Counted from the stretch's first letter, positions 50,095 to 62,959 are shown. The stretch: 64,000 nucleotides of DNA from Eledone cirrhosa (GCA_964016885.1 OZ024740.1:102734001-102798000), one strand, 5' to 3'. The notes: generated by a model from the letters alone, not told the origin. A program made the numbers and translations.

Positions 50095-50590
50095 CCCAAA
50101 AATGTATACACACTTTGATTACCTGTACATGCAATATTCATTAGATTGCTGTTGAAGTTTGTATATATTCTTTTGGCCAGGAAGGGCAGGGAATTTTCCT
50201 CTGTCTGGTGGCAAGTGCAAAAGAGGTTGTATGGTGGACCAGGTTGAAAGGACTGAAGACAGGCAAAATCTCTTATCAACTTTTTCAAGTTTCACTTGGA
50301 AAGGAAGGTGAGGGTGGAGAGAGATGTGCTGCCCCCACTACATTTGCTGAAAGGTGGGTGAATGTGTCGAGAATGTGTGAGTGGGCCTACTCTGACCATG
50401 CGCCTGTAGGCTGGTTAATTTGAGGGGTGCCCTCCTCAGGTGCCCTAGAAGCATAGGGTGGTTCAGGATTGGTGGGGTACCTGAGTCGCCCCGGGGTGGT
50501 TCACCCCACCCCTATTGGAGAAGTTATTTTGTTATTTTTACTCAATCTTATTGTAAACCCCCACAGCCCGTGTCTTTGTAAACCTACTAC
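50095..50590 (+). mobile_element. Tx1 LINE 3' fragment
   Basis: AKEVVWWTRLKGLKT and FAERWVNVSRM match the end of ORF 36451..37620. Confidence 0.85.
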
Positions 50591-50738
50591 AGTCAGTAGG
50601 CATCTCTATCAAAACACCCCCCCGTCCCACCACCTCCACCCCATCCACACCGCCCCTTTCAATGTAAAGTTATGTTGGTCCCACAACATCCAGGCCGAAA
50701 CAAATGAGATCGTGTAGGTGTCACGACAAAAAAACACA

Positions 50739-50963
50739 CAGTCCACGCTGTAAATGTGGCCGTGTAGGCAACACGGTAAAAACCTCCCAGCCCCACACTG
50801 TAAATGTGGTTGGTGTTAGGAAGGGCATCCAGCTGTAGAAAACCCGCCAGACAGTCCACGCTGTAATGTGGCCGTGTAGGCAACACGGTAAAAACCTCCC
50901 AGCCCCACACTGTAAATGTGGTTGGTGTTAGGAAGGGCATCCAACTGTAGAAAACCCGCCAGA
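50739..50963 (+). repeat. Tandem duplication (~113 bp) within an RTE/SINE tail
   Basis: cagtccacgctgtaa(a)tgtggccgtgtagg...gtagaaaacccgccaga occurs twice. Confidence 0.9.
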
Positions 50964-51489
50964 CGGTCCTATGCGAGCAAGACAACCACTCTTGCCTCAA
51001 GTGGGAAAACCCCCGTCCAAACCCATGCAAGCGTGGAACACGGACGCTAAACCTGATGATGATGATGATGATGATGTCGGCCCTTGCAGCCAATAAATGA
51101 AATCATCATCACCATCATCATCATTATTATAAGTAAATATATAAAGCAATTCCTTGAACCTAAGGCTTTCATGGAATATTAACAATGATTATAAAAGCTA
51201 AATACAGTAGACTGAAGAAAAATATTCAATAACAAACAATGAAATTATTGCATTGTGTTATTCCACTTTGAATTTTACAAAAGATTTCAAAAGCTTCATA
51301 ACTATTGTTAAACATTAGATTCTTTAGCCATCAAATATTTATGAAAATGTTTCATGTGTACAAAGAGAGTGCTCAACTAGAATCCAGAGACATGAGGTGT
51401 GTATAATGATTAAATAATATTGAAGATTTAATACATAAATGATTAAGCTAGCTATGAATAATTCATCAACAATTACTTGAACCTTAATA

Positions 51490-51750
51490 CGTGTGTGTGT
51501 GTGTAGGGATATGAATGCGTGTATGTCTGTTTGTATATAAACAGACGTGTGTGTGTGTGTTTGAGTGCATGTATGTGTGTGAATGCATGTGTATGTGCAT
51601 GCATGTGTATGTGCATGCATGTGTGTATGTACATGCATGTGTGTGTGCATGCATGTGTGTGCATGCGTGTGTGTGTGTGTGCATGTGTGTGTATGTGTGT
51701 GTGTGTGTGTGTGTGTGCATGTGTATGTATGGACAGATATGAGTGTGTAT
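51490..51750. repeat. (GT/GCAT)n compound microsatellite
   Basis: Direct inspection; explains the His-Thr and Cys-Val ORFs. Confidence 0.95.
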
Positions 51751-52169
51751 GAAGCACAAAAATCATAGCAACCTCCAACGATTTTTTGTAGTGTCTTGAC
51801 ACCAGAAAATCAATTTTTGAAAATGAATTAGTAAGATGGGGTTGGGTGTATCAATGCTTAGATGGAAAATTCAATTCAATTGACACTGAGTTGAAACATC
51901 TGTAGGTAAACGCTGGAAGCGGAAAGAATGAATCCAACAGAGAGACGTGAAAGAAAATTTTAGGGGCTAATTGTTCTGATAAAGAAGAACTGAATGAAGT
52001 GTTTGACTCTTAACATCTTGCAATGATTTAATAGAAAATACTAAAGACAAATTTGTTAATTCAAATATTTATAGAATCTTTAGTAAAGATTCTATAAAAA
52101 GATCATTGTGAACATTTGCAGGAAACTAAATTAACGACTTTAATATTTTATTGTGTCGTAATCATAATA

Positions 52170-52745
52170 ATAATGAAATAATAATAATAGTGCTCAAGTG
52201 CACTATAACTCATCAAAGGTGCATGTATAGTACATAGATCAATGTACAAATGTCAGGAAAATGAACAGTGTATGAGTCATGATATACATGTGTGTATGTG
52301 TATGGAGGGGGAACATTAGGTGTAGTGTTGGCGAATTTCAGGAAGCATGGAGGTTTTAAAGGATGCAGTGTCTCGGCAGCTAACAACTGATGCAGGTAGT
52401 TTGTTCCATGCTTCAGCAACTCTGAGCGTGAAAAAATGTTTCTGAAAGTCATGGTAGCTGTACTGTTTTCTGACTTTGTAGGCATGTCCACGTGTGTTAG
52501 ACACATGGAAATCAAAAAGATGCTCAGGGTTGTTGTTGGCAAGATGGTTAATAATTCAGAGTATGGTAGATGCCTGATAGAGGGTATTCGCTTGGTTGCC
52601 CGTCTCTGAACAGTTTCCATGAGGTCAATGTTCTGAGCAAGATAGGGTTCCAGACTGGTGATGCAAATTCTAAATGTGGCCGCACCATAGCTATATACAG
52701 CTTTAAATAGATAGCTGGAGAGCGGCTGACAAAGGTCTTGCTGAG
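52170..52745 (-). mobile_element. CR1-like LINE 3' fragment
   Basis: ETVQRRATKRIPSIRHLPYSE and SNTRGHAYKVRKQ; paralog of 43765-44420. Confidence 0.9.
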
Positions 52746-52798
52746 AGAGTTAATCAGTCAGAAGGCCTGCTTTTGGATGTTGTTAGGATATCTGTATG

Positions 52799-53400
52799 TA
52801 CAAGGTCAGCTAAAAGGTTCATAAGATGTCCAAGATACTCTCATGGAATGACCAAACGAGGTTTATTTTTCAACATAGTACCTGGAAAGAAACAATGCAG
52901 TCTTTATGCAATAAAAGTGTCAAACTTTAGAAACGAGATTTGTTAGCCTTCATTCCTATATATAGCTTTGATATCTTCAAGCTTTATGATTAGTAATTAT
53001 GAATACAGCTTCACTGTAACAGATACCTAAATATGGAATGTTACGCGATGGGGTGCCCCCACAGCCCCGGCGGATAGGATGGAGAAGGCGTTCCCCGGTG
53101 GACGGCAAGGGAGACGCGCTGGAAATCTACTCCAGCTCGTGGGGTTCACACCTGTGGCTGGCCAGCTCAGCGCCTATGGTGGTGAGTAGAGAGGTAGCCC
53201 TAGGACCGAGGACACCAGAAGTCTCCACTGCCAAGGGTACAACCGCAAACCTGTCGGAAAGCGACCGGTATTTGAGGAGCTTGGCCTCCTCAGCCCGATG
53301 TGCAGCAGAATCTAAGAGTTGAAATTAATGCATGTAAGATTTCACAGCTTTAACATCATTCCTTCATAGTCAGCCTATGAACTTTTCAGCCGAAACTGTG
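52799..53400. mobile_element. Mariner-type MITE split by an insert containing a CRE fragment (53040-53310, minus)
   Basis: MITE halves at 52799-52901 and 53313-53400 join to give the 5112-5302 sequence. Confidence 0.8.
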
Positions 53401-53499
53401 TTTTCCCTGATGAATAAAATTTTTGAACCATTGAATGCTTTGTGACATTTCGATTGGTATCTGTGATATTGCGGCTACAACTTCGATACATACATATTA

Positions 53500-53712
53500 T
53501 TGGTAGATTGGCAGTATCGGTAGAGGGTCAGGCACCATGCTTTGCAGCATAGAGTTACGGCCTTTTATGATCTGAGTTCAAATCCCGCCGAAGCTAACTT
53601 TGCCTTTCATCGTTCAGGGTCAACAAAATAAAGTACCAGTCACGCACTGGGGTCGATTTAATCAACGTTCCCCTCCCCCAAAATTGTTGGCCTTGTGCCT
53701 ATATAAGAAAAC

Positions 53713-53735
<23 letters not shown>
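53500..53735 (+). mobile_element. SINE family A, long variant
   Basis: Head, core, gggtcgatttaatc insert and (att)n tail. Confidence 0.88.
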
Positions 53736-53753
<18 letters not shown>

Positions 53754-53756
53754 TAT

Positions 53757-54057
53757 ATATTGTTATACTTTGGGAGGGTCATGTTGCCAATAAGAAACAC
53801 ACGCACCAGTTGCTTTCACTTCAATTTAATTTAATATATATTTATAAATTTACAAATTTATAAATTTCTGGTTGGTTGGTTGGTTCCACAACCAGATAGT
53901 TGTTTATATATATATAGTCATAGTTCTTTCGTCACCAACCAACCAGAAATTTATAAATTTGTAAATTTATAAATATATATTAAATTAAATTGAAGTGAAA
54001 GCAACTGGTGCGTGTGTTTCTTATTGGCAACATGACCCTCCCAAAGTATAACAATAT
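53757..54057. repeat. Apparently perfect inverted repeat, 124-bp arms, 53-nt spacer
   Basis: Both strands yield the same peptide end IVILWEGHVANKKHTHQLLSLQFNLIYIYKFTNL in the ORF track. Confidence 0.95.
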
Positions 54058-54111
54058 CGGTTTCAACACACGATTTCAGATAAAGAATCTTGCTAAACAA
54101 ATTCAGAAACG

Positions 54112-54148
<37 letters not shown>

Positions 54149-54152
<4 letters not shown>

Positions 54153-54656
54153 GCCAAGATTAACTTTGCCTTTCATCCTTACGGGGTCGATAAAATAAAG
54201 TACCAGTAATGCACTGGGATAATTACTGGCCTTGTGCCAAAAGTAGAGACAATTATTATTATTATGGATGGCAGTATCGGTAGAGGGTCTGACGCCATGC
54301 TTTGCAGCAAAGAGTTACGGCCCTTGCCATTCTGAGTTCAAATCCCGCCGAGGTTAACTTTGCCTTTCATCATTACGGGGTCGATAAAATAAAGTACCAG
54401 TAATACACTGGGATAATTGCTGGCCTTGTGCCAAAAGTAGAAACAATTATTATTATTATTATATATATAAGGGCGGTGGCTTGGCAGTATAGGTAGAGAA
54501 TCGGACGCCATGCTTTCCAGCATAGTTACGTCCCTTTACGATCTGAGTTCAAATCTCGCCGAGGTTAACTTTGCATTTCATCCTTACAGGGTCGATAAAA
54601 TAAAGTACCAGTAATACACTGGGATAATTGCTGGCCTTGTGCCAAAAGTAGAAACA

Positions 54657-54687
<31 letters not shown>

Positions 54688-55303
54688 GGGCGGTGGCTTG
54701 GCAGTATAGGTAGAGAATCGGACGCCATGCTTTCCAGCATAGTTACGTCCCTTTACGATCTGAGTTCAAATCTCGCCGAGGTTAACTTTGCATTTCATCC
54801 TTACAGGGTCGATAAAATAAAGTACCAGTAATACACTGGGATAATTGCTGGCCTTGTGCCAAAAGTAGAAACAATTATTATTATTATTATATATATAAGG
54901 GCGGTGGCTTGGCAGTATAGGTAGAGAATCGGACGCCATGCTTTCCAGCATAGTTACGTCCCTTTACGATCTGAGTTCAAATCTCGCCGAGGTTAACTTT
55001 GCATTTCATCCTTACAGGGTCGATAAAATAAAGTACCAGTAATACACTGGGATAATTGCTGGCCTTGTGCCAAAAGTAGAAACAATTATTATTATTATTA
55101 TATATATAAGGGCGGTGGCTTGGCAGTATAGGTAGAGAATCGGACGCCATGCTTTCCAGCATAGTTACGTCCCTTTACGATCTGAGTTCAAATCTCGCCG
55201 AGGTTAACTTTGCATTTCATCCTTACAGGGTCGATAAAATAAAGTACCAGTAATGCACTGGGTAATTGCTGGCCTTGTGCCAAATGTAGAAACAATTATT
55301 ATT
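54149..55303 (+). repeat. Tandem array of SINE A: four near-identical 211-217 bp units plus two divergent or partial units
   Basis: ORF track repeats at 54523, 54740, 54951 and 55162. Confidence 0.95.
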
Positions 55304-55304
55304 A

Positions 55305-58300
55305 TATATATACATTTATTAATTTCAAGAACGTCAGTATTCCGTGTCATAATTCTCGATTGTCATTGGTTCATAGGTTTCAAACGACTCCCCCCACCTC
55401 AATGACGCCAAACTGAAATTAATATGCATAATGCCAATGAGGGAGTGAGAGGGGAAAGTGTGAACGCTGTGTTCAATAACTATTAACATGTGTGCGTGTG
55501 TATGTACGTGCGCATATGTTTATGTGTGCGTGTGTGCAGCGTTCCACAGAAAGTAAAAACTATCAACATGTGTGAGTGTGTGCGTGTGTAAGTTTGCGTG
55601 TGTGTGCGCGTTTCCATGCGTGTATGTGTGTGGCGTTCCACAATCGCCACGCAGTTTATCTGTCTGTGTGCCTGTCTGTCAGTCTAACATACACAGAGTT
55701 GTGAAGGGAGTAAATAGGGACCTTTCTTTACATTGACAGACATCTTTTATATTTATTATTGTGTCAATTTTTGACAATTGCTCGAAATGAATACTGATAA
55801 TAAAAGCAATTCGACTTTATCAAATAGTGAACTACAGCGGCGACGGCGTGCAGCCAGCAATGAAGAAAAATGGGCCGAACAGCGCCATCGGAACGCCGAA
55901 CTTCAGAGGCGAAGACGTGCCGCCATGAATGAAGAGGAGCTGGCTGAACAACGCCAACGAAACACTGCAGCCAAGCAGCGACGGCGTGCTGCGATGGTTG
56001 AAGACGAACTGGCTGAGCATCATCAGCAGATGGCCAGAATACAGCAGCAACGGCGTGCTGCGATGGATGAAGAGGAGCTGGTTGAACAGCGCCAGCGCAA
56101 TACAGAAGTTCAGAGAATGTGTCACCAAAGTGCTCCTCATTCCAGTAAAGAGGCTAGAAGGCGAACAAATGATATTAAAAATGGATCATGGCAACCGTGT
56201 CATTTTCAGATTGGTGGACGAGCAGAGTGTCCACATTGTGGAGCATTGCTTTGGAGGCACGAAAAGACGTGGACCACAATGTGCTGTCATAAAGGATCAG
56301 TTCAACTAGAACCCTTGCGAATGCCGGATGATGAGTCACCGGAGTTTAAAATACTAAGTATGGGGGGTGATCAAGGAGACCGAGGTAGATTACTGCGCAA
56401 ATATTCGCGGCAAATTAACAATTCATTAGCTTTAGCATTGCAGAGAGTTTGTGAGATGTTTCAGAGTGGAGCATGGCAACCGAATGTAGTCATTCAAGGC
56501 CGTTTGTATCATTGTATCGGTAATTTAGAAGAGAGACCTCGATTCGCTCAAATTTACGTTAACGATCCAGATTATAGTGAATCAGAGGAGGATATCAGGA
56601 TCGGTTGGATGAAGTTGCCGGGAAATATAACTGAACTTGAACGGCAAAGGTTAAGTGATTTGATCCGTGATTTGCAATCATGGCTTAGACAGTGTAATCC
56701 TTATGTTATGGATTTCATGTTGGTGGCTGAACTGCAAAATGTTCAGCAGCAAACATTGGTGATTAAGGCTGACGCAGTGCCAAGGAATCAACACGAACGG
56801 CGATATAATGCCCCTGAAGGATTTCGTGAAGTTGCTGTGTTGATGGACGATAAGCCTGGATCGAGAGATATCGTCCTCAATCGCAGAGTCAAATAGGGCA
56901 TACGATCCATTGCATTATGTTCTTTTATTCCCCAAAAGTGAAAATGGATCGAACATGTCTGTTCATTTAGATGATCATGAGAATCAGCATCAACGGGGAG
57001 GTGGCAATAGACACAATAATTCGATTCGCGACTTTTACGCGTTCCATTTGAACGAGAGGAATCAACAGAGAAATACGCTATTTCAAGCCAGTAAATTGTT
57101 CCAGGAATACTGTTCTATGGCATTCGCAAAGATCGAAAATCAAAGGCTAAATTATATAGCTACACATCAGCAACATATCAGAGCTGAATTGTATAATAAT
57201 ATACAGGATGCGATAACAGCCGATGATGCTAATTACAAGCAAATTGGTCGATGCATCATTTTGCCATCGTCGTTCATCGGCGGCCCGAGATATATGAAGA
57301 TTCGCTATCAGGATGCAATGACTATTGTCAGAAAGTTTGGAAAACCAGATTTGTTTATAACGGTTACATGCAATCCTGAATAGACTGATATTAAGGATGC
57401 ACTTTTTCCAGGACAACAGCCAAAGGACCGTCCTGATATTGTGGCAAGAGTATTCAAAGGATATCTGAAAAAGATAATGGATGATGTGGAAAAAGAGGGA
57501 ATCTTAGGAGGTATAGTTGCTTTTACATACGTAATTGAATTCCCCAAAAGAGGATTGCCACATGCACATTTGCTGATCATTTTACATAGAGATTGCAAAT
57601 TGAGATGTGCTGAGGATGTCGACAGCGTTGTGTATGCTGAACTGCCGGAGAATGAGGCACTACGCAACTTGGTGGCAAAGTCAATGGTGCACAACCAATG
57701 CGGAGTGGCAAATCGGAAAGAAATGGCCAATGCAGTAAGCAATTTCCGAAATCTTTTGTCACGAACACTTCCTGGAACGATGGGGATGCTCATCCCTCAT
57801 ACAGAAGACGGTCGCCTGCAGATGGCGGTTTGGTCGAAAATGTAAACGGTCGACAGGTTACAAATCAATGGGTTGTACCATACAATCCATATTTGATTAT
57901 GAAATATCGTTGTCATATTAATGTGGAAATTTGTAGCTCAGTGAAAGCCCTTGCAAATGTCTATTCAAATATGTTTACAAAGGTCATGATCGGGCAATGA
58001 TCAATGTCAGGAATGAGGAAGCGAACCAAGGAGATGAAGTTGGCAGGTTCCAGGATGTTTGCTCGCTTGGATCTAGCGACGCTTGCAGGAGATTGTTCGA
58101 TTTTCATCTCAATGAACGCAAACCCAGCGTTCAGAAATTGACGGTTCACTTAGAGAATAGGCAAATGGTCTGTTTTCAGGACACTAGAAGAGGTGTCGAA
58201 AGAATTGCTAACGCACCACCTCCTAAGACGGAATTGACTGAGTGGTTCAAGCATAATAGGGAACATGCTTTGAACCCGGATCAAAGGCAACTCTACTGCG

Positions 58301-61241
58301 ATTTCCCTTCGCATTATACGTGAGATAAGAAGGGAAAGAAATGGAATGATAGAAAACGAAAGTTGAGATTCATGACTATTGGACGGGTTTGTAATGTCCA
58401 TCCAGCATCTGGTGATGTGTTTTATCTCCGAATTCTGTTGCATAATGATTTTTTGAGAGGTAAACAGAGCTTCGCTGATTTGAAAACAATCAATGGCGTG
58501 GGATATGAAACATACCAGGCTGTGTGTCAGCATCTGGGACTCCTTCAAGATGACGCTGAATGGAATAAGGCCATGGAAGCTGCAGGAACAACACAGATGC
58601 CAGCTCAAATAAGGTAGTTGTTTGTCACGATTCTAGGATTCTGCAATCCTGTCGATCCAAGAGAGTTATTTGAACGCCATTGGGGAATTATGGCTGATGA
58701 TTTTAGGCATCATCTTCAGGTCGATGATGAAAATTTGATGAAAGCTATTGTTTTGCTCAATATTGAGCAACTGCTTGAAGTTCATTTCAAATGTTTAACA
58801 GATTTCAATTTGCCAATTCCTGATGAAGAAATGCGGCAACGTGTCTTAGCATCGAACATGAGATTGCAGCTTAGACGGTTGCCACTCGATCGGAGGGAAC
58901 TATTCCAGTTTGATCCACTGGAACAGCAACGTATTGTGGATGAACGTATACCAATGTTGACCCAATCTCAGAGAGAATTGGTCGATGGCGTTCTCCACTC
59001 GATTTCCACTAATGAGCAACTTTGTGCTTTCATAGATGCTCCAGGGGGCACCCGAAATACATTCTGTTTCAACACTATGTTATCGGCAGTCAGAGCTCAG
59101 AGGAAGATTGCTCTCCCTGTGGCCAACAGTGGGATCGCTGCCACGTTGCTGAGTGGTGGAAGGATCTTCCACTCATGCTTCAAGGCTCCATTGGCTCCGG
59201 ATGAGTTGAGTGTCTGAAACATTACAGGACAAAGTGAACTCGCGGGCCTTATACGCAATACGTCTCTGATTATTTGGGACGAGGCTCCAATGGCACACAG
59301 ATATTTGCTGCAGGCATTGGACAGAACTTTGAGAGATATCTGCGGTAGTGACCTGCCATTCGGTGGTAAGACTATCGTTCTTGGTGGCGATTTCAGACAG
59401 GTGATACCAATTGTTAGGAATGCTCAAAGAGCGCAAATTGTCGATGCATGTCTGAAAAAGTCCCCGTTGTGGCGCCATTTCAGAGTTTTGCGATTACACG
59501 ATAATATGCGACTTCGTATGTTCGGGCAAAACGAAGAGGCTGAGACATACGGCCGATGGTTGATGCAGTTGGGAAACAATGAATTGCCACACGTTGGTGA
59601 TAATCAGACTGTAAGAATCCCAGACCATTTGGTCATGCCACTGGACCGCCAAGCATTGATTGACTGGGTGTTCCCTAATTTGAATGCTTTTTGGCAGAAT
59701 ATCTCCTGGATATAGGAACGCGTTATTCTAACTCCTACGAATGCAACGGTCGATGAAATAAATTCACACGTAGCCGTAATGTTTCCTGGAGAGGAATGGT
59801 TGACCGTCAGTGCAGATGCAATGGAGCTTAATCAGCAGAACAATATGGATGTTCCGACTGAGTATCTGAATTCACTTCAAATACCCGGATGTCCCCCACA
59901 TATTTTGAGGTTGAAAAAGGGTATGCCGATTATATTGCTTAGAAATATCAATCATAAAATGGGTCTTTGCAATGGTACCAGATTGATTGTTGAGAGATTG
60001 ATTAACGGAAGAGTTTTAGAAGCTAAACTTCCAGGCAAAGAGGAATCGGTTCTCATTCCGAGGATCATGCTGAGACCAAGTGAAGATCTGCTGCCATTCA
60101 TTTGGCAAAGGAGACAGTTTCCCGTCAATTTGCCCTTCTCCATGACTGTCAACAAGGCACAGGGACAGACTTTCAAGCGAGTCGGTGTCTACTTGAATGA
60201 TCCAGCATTCAGCCATGGGCAACTGTATGTTGCTGCATCTCGAGTGTGCGATCCTGATGGTATAAAATTTGCAATTGATACCACTAACAGAGGAACAACC
60301 CTGAATATTGTCTATAATGAAGCTTTGAGCTGATGTATGCATATCATTAATGCTATCAATAAGCGACATAAATGATTCGGAAATTGGTGTCCTTGGATCA
60401 GTATTGTGAACTTTGACAGAGTTATCATTTCTGTTCAATGTCATTTATTGTCGATAATGAGCAATAAAAACCATCAAGTATTGGTAGAAATTGCCTTCAA
60501 ATTTATCGCTTCTGATTGCGGTGGTAATAAAACCTCATCATATGCTGAGTCTGGCAAAAAGTTTGGATCCTATGGCCGGCCAGGGCTAGAGTAATATTGA
60601 AAACCGTTTCTATTTTCGAAGTAGAAGCATCCGCCATTTGGAGTTCAAACCAGGCCACCTCCCCGAGTTGAACTCTGGGCAACATTGATTGTCTATTACT
60701 CAGTGGCTAACAGCCTGTAAATTACTGAATAAATTTTTGTGTCATATAATTTGTTGTTTTATTATTATAGCTGATCACTTATAGATAAGCATGTTATCCA
60801 TATCCATATTAATTTGGCATTTGTATAAACCATTTCAAGTAAATAGGGACCTTTTTTTACATTGACGGACATCTTTTATATTAATTATCAATATCTACAT
60901 ATAATATAAAAGATTGGAACTTCCATCATCCTTTTGAGAAACGTGGAACAACCATGTCTATGCAATGATACACGTTTTACAGTCAGGCAGAAGATGAACC
61001 ATCTCCTAGAGCTCACTATTCTAGGTGGGACCACCTAGAATTGTTCATATCCTATGCACAAACGGTACAACGAAGAATCTGGTATATCTGGAAGATTTCT
61101 TTTTACTGTTTTTTGTATCACACAGACACCACGGACTCGCCTCATACAGTAACCAGACAAACATTCAATACAGTTATTTTTTCTTTTACCTGTCTTCTCT
61201 TATCACCTGTTTATCCGAGCGAAGCTGGGTACGTCAGCTAA
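55305..61241 (+). mobile_element. Helitron, near full length, unit 1
   Basis: 5' region matches the TC-start of units 2 and 3; RepHel ORF; 3' hairpin ccgagcgaagctggg then CTAA. Confidence 0.9.
55778..60333 (+). pseudogene. Helitron RepHel transposase (HUH Rep plus Pif1-like SF1B helicase), disrupted
   Basis: CPHC..CC zinc motif, GKPDLFITVTCNP, VIEFPKRGLPHAH, decayed Walker A DAPGGTRNT, WDEAPM, GGDFRQ, NKAQGQT, FSHGQLYVAASR; several in-frame stops and frameshifts. Confidence 0.95.
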
Positions 61242-62085
61242 TCTATATATTAATTTCAACAATGTCAGTATTCCGTGTGTCATAATTCTCGATTATCATT
61301 GGTTCATAGGTTTCAAATGACTCCGCTCACCTAAACGACGCCAAACTTAAATTAATATGCATAATGCCAATGAAGGAGTGAGAGGGGAGAGTAAGAAACA
61401 GAGAGGAAAAGTGAACGCTGTAACTATTACCATGTGTACGTGTGTATGTACGTGCGCGTATGTTTATGTGTGTGTGCGTGCGTGCAGCGTTCCACATACA
61501 GTAAAAGCAATTCGACTTTATCAAACAGTGAACTACAGCGCGACGGCGTGCAGCCAGGAATGAAGAAAAACGGGCCGAACATCGCCATCGGAACGCCGAA
61601 CTTCAGAGGCAAAGACGTTCCGCCATGAATGAAGAGGAGCTGGCTGAACAACGCCAACGAAACACTGAAGCCAAGCAGCGACGGTGTGCTGCGATGGTTG
61701 AAGACGAACTCGCTAAGTATCATCTTTTATATTAATTATCTATATTTATATCTACATATAATATAAAAGATTGGAACTTCCATCATCCTTTTGAGAAACG
61801 TGGAACAACCATGTCTATGCAATGATACACGTTTTACAGTCAGGCAGAAGATGAACCATCACCTAGAGGTCACTATTCTAGGTGGGAGCACCTATAATTG
61901 TTCATATACTATGCACAAACGGTACAACGAAGAATCTGGAAGATTTTTTTACTGTTTTTTGTATAACAGACACCACGGACTCGCCTCATACTGTAACCAG
62001 ACAAACATTCAATACAGTTATTTTCTCTTTTACCTGTCTTCTCTTATCATCTGTTTACCCGGGCGAAGCTGGGTACGTCAGCTAG
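61242..62085 (+). mobile_element. Helitron deletion derivative, unit 2
   Basis: Starts TCtatatattaatttc, keeps the start of the RepHel ORF (61500-61720), ends with hairpin plus CTAG. Confidence 0.9.
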
Positions 62086-62948
62086 TCTATATATTAATTT
62101 CAACAATGTCAGTATTCCGTGTGTCATAATTCTCGATTATCATTGGTTCATAGGTTTCAAACGACTCCGCCCACCTCAACGACGCCAAACTTAAATTAAT
62201 ATGCATAATGCCAATGAGGGAGTGAGAGAGGAGAGTAAGAAACAGTGAAGCAAAGTGAACTCTGAGTTGGATACACTATGTATATATGTCAGTGTAGAGA
62301 CATGTGTGTGTGTGATGTGTGTGGAAATAAGAGGGGAAGGAAAGCAATAACTATTAACATGTGTGCGTGTGTATGTACGTGCGCGTATGTTTATGTGTGC
62401 GTGCGTGCAGCGTTCAACAGAAAGTAAAATCTATCAACATGTGTTAGTGTGTGTGTGTATGTAAGTGCACGGGTGCGTGTGTAATTTTGCGTTCGTGTGC
62501 GCGTTTCCATGTGTGTATGTGTGTGTACGTGCGGCATCCCAAATCGCCACGCAGTTTATCTGTCTGTGTGCCTGTCTGTCAGTCTAACATACACAGAGTT
62601 GTGAAGGGAGTAAATAGGAACCTTTTTTACATTGACGGACATCTTTTATATTAATTATCAATATCTACATATAATATAAAAGATTGGAACTTCCATCATC
62701 CTTTTGAGAAACGTGGAACAACCATGTCTATGCAATGATACACGTTTTACAGTTAGGCAGAAGATGAACCATCTCAACGAAGAATCTGGTATATCTGGAA
62801 GATTTTTTTTTACTGTTTTTTGTATCACACAGACACCACGGACTCGCCTCATACAGTAACCAGACAAACATCCAATACAGTCATTTTCTCTTTTACCTGT
62901 CTTCTCTTATCATCTGTTTACCCGGGTGAAGCTGGGTACGTCAGCTAG
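62086..62948 (+). mobile_element. Helitron deletion derivative, unit 3
   Basis: Starts TCtatatattaatttc, lacks the RepHel ORF, ends cccgggtgaagctggg..CTAG followed by T. Confidence 0.9.
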
Positions 62949-62959
62949 TATATATATAT

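Noticed and set aside
54338-55162. Tandem family of 61-63 aa small proteins
   Set aside because: Antisense translation of SINE A units.
57381-58323. RepHel stops at conserved Trp positions that A-to-I editing could revert (TAG/TGA to TGG)
   Set aside because: The ORF also has frameshifts, other stops and a broken Walker A; ordinary G-to-A decay explains it.
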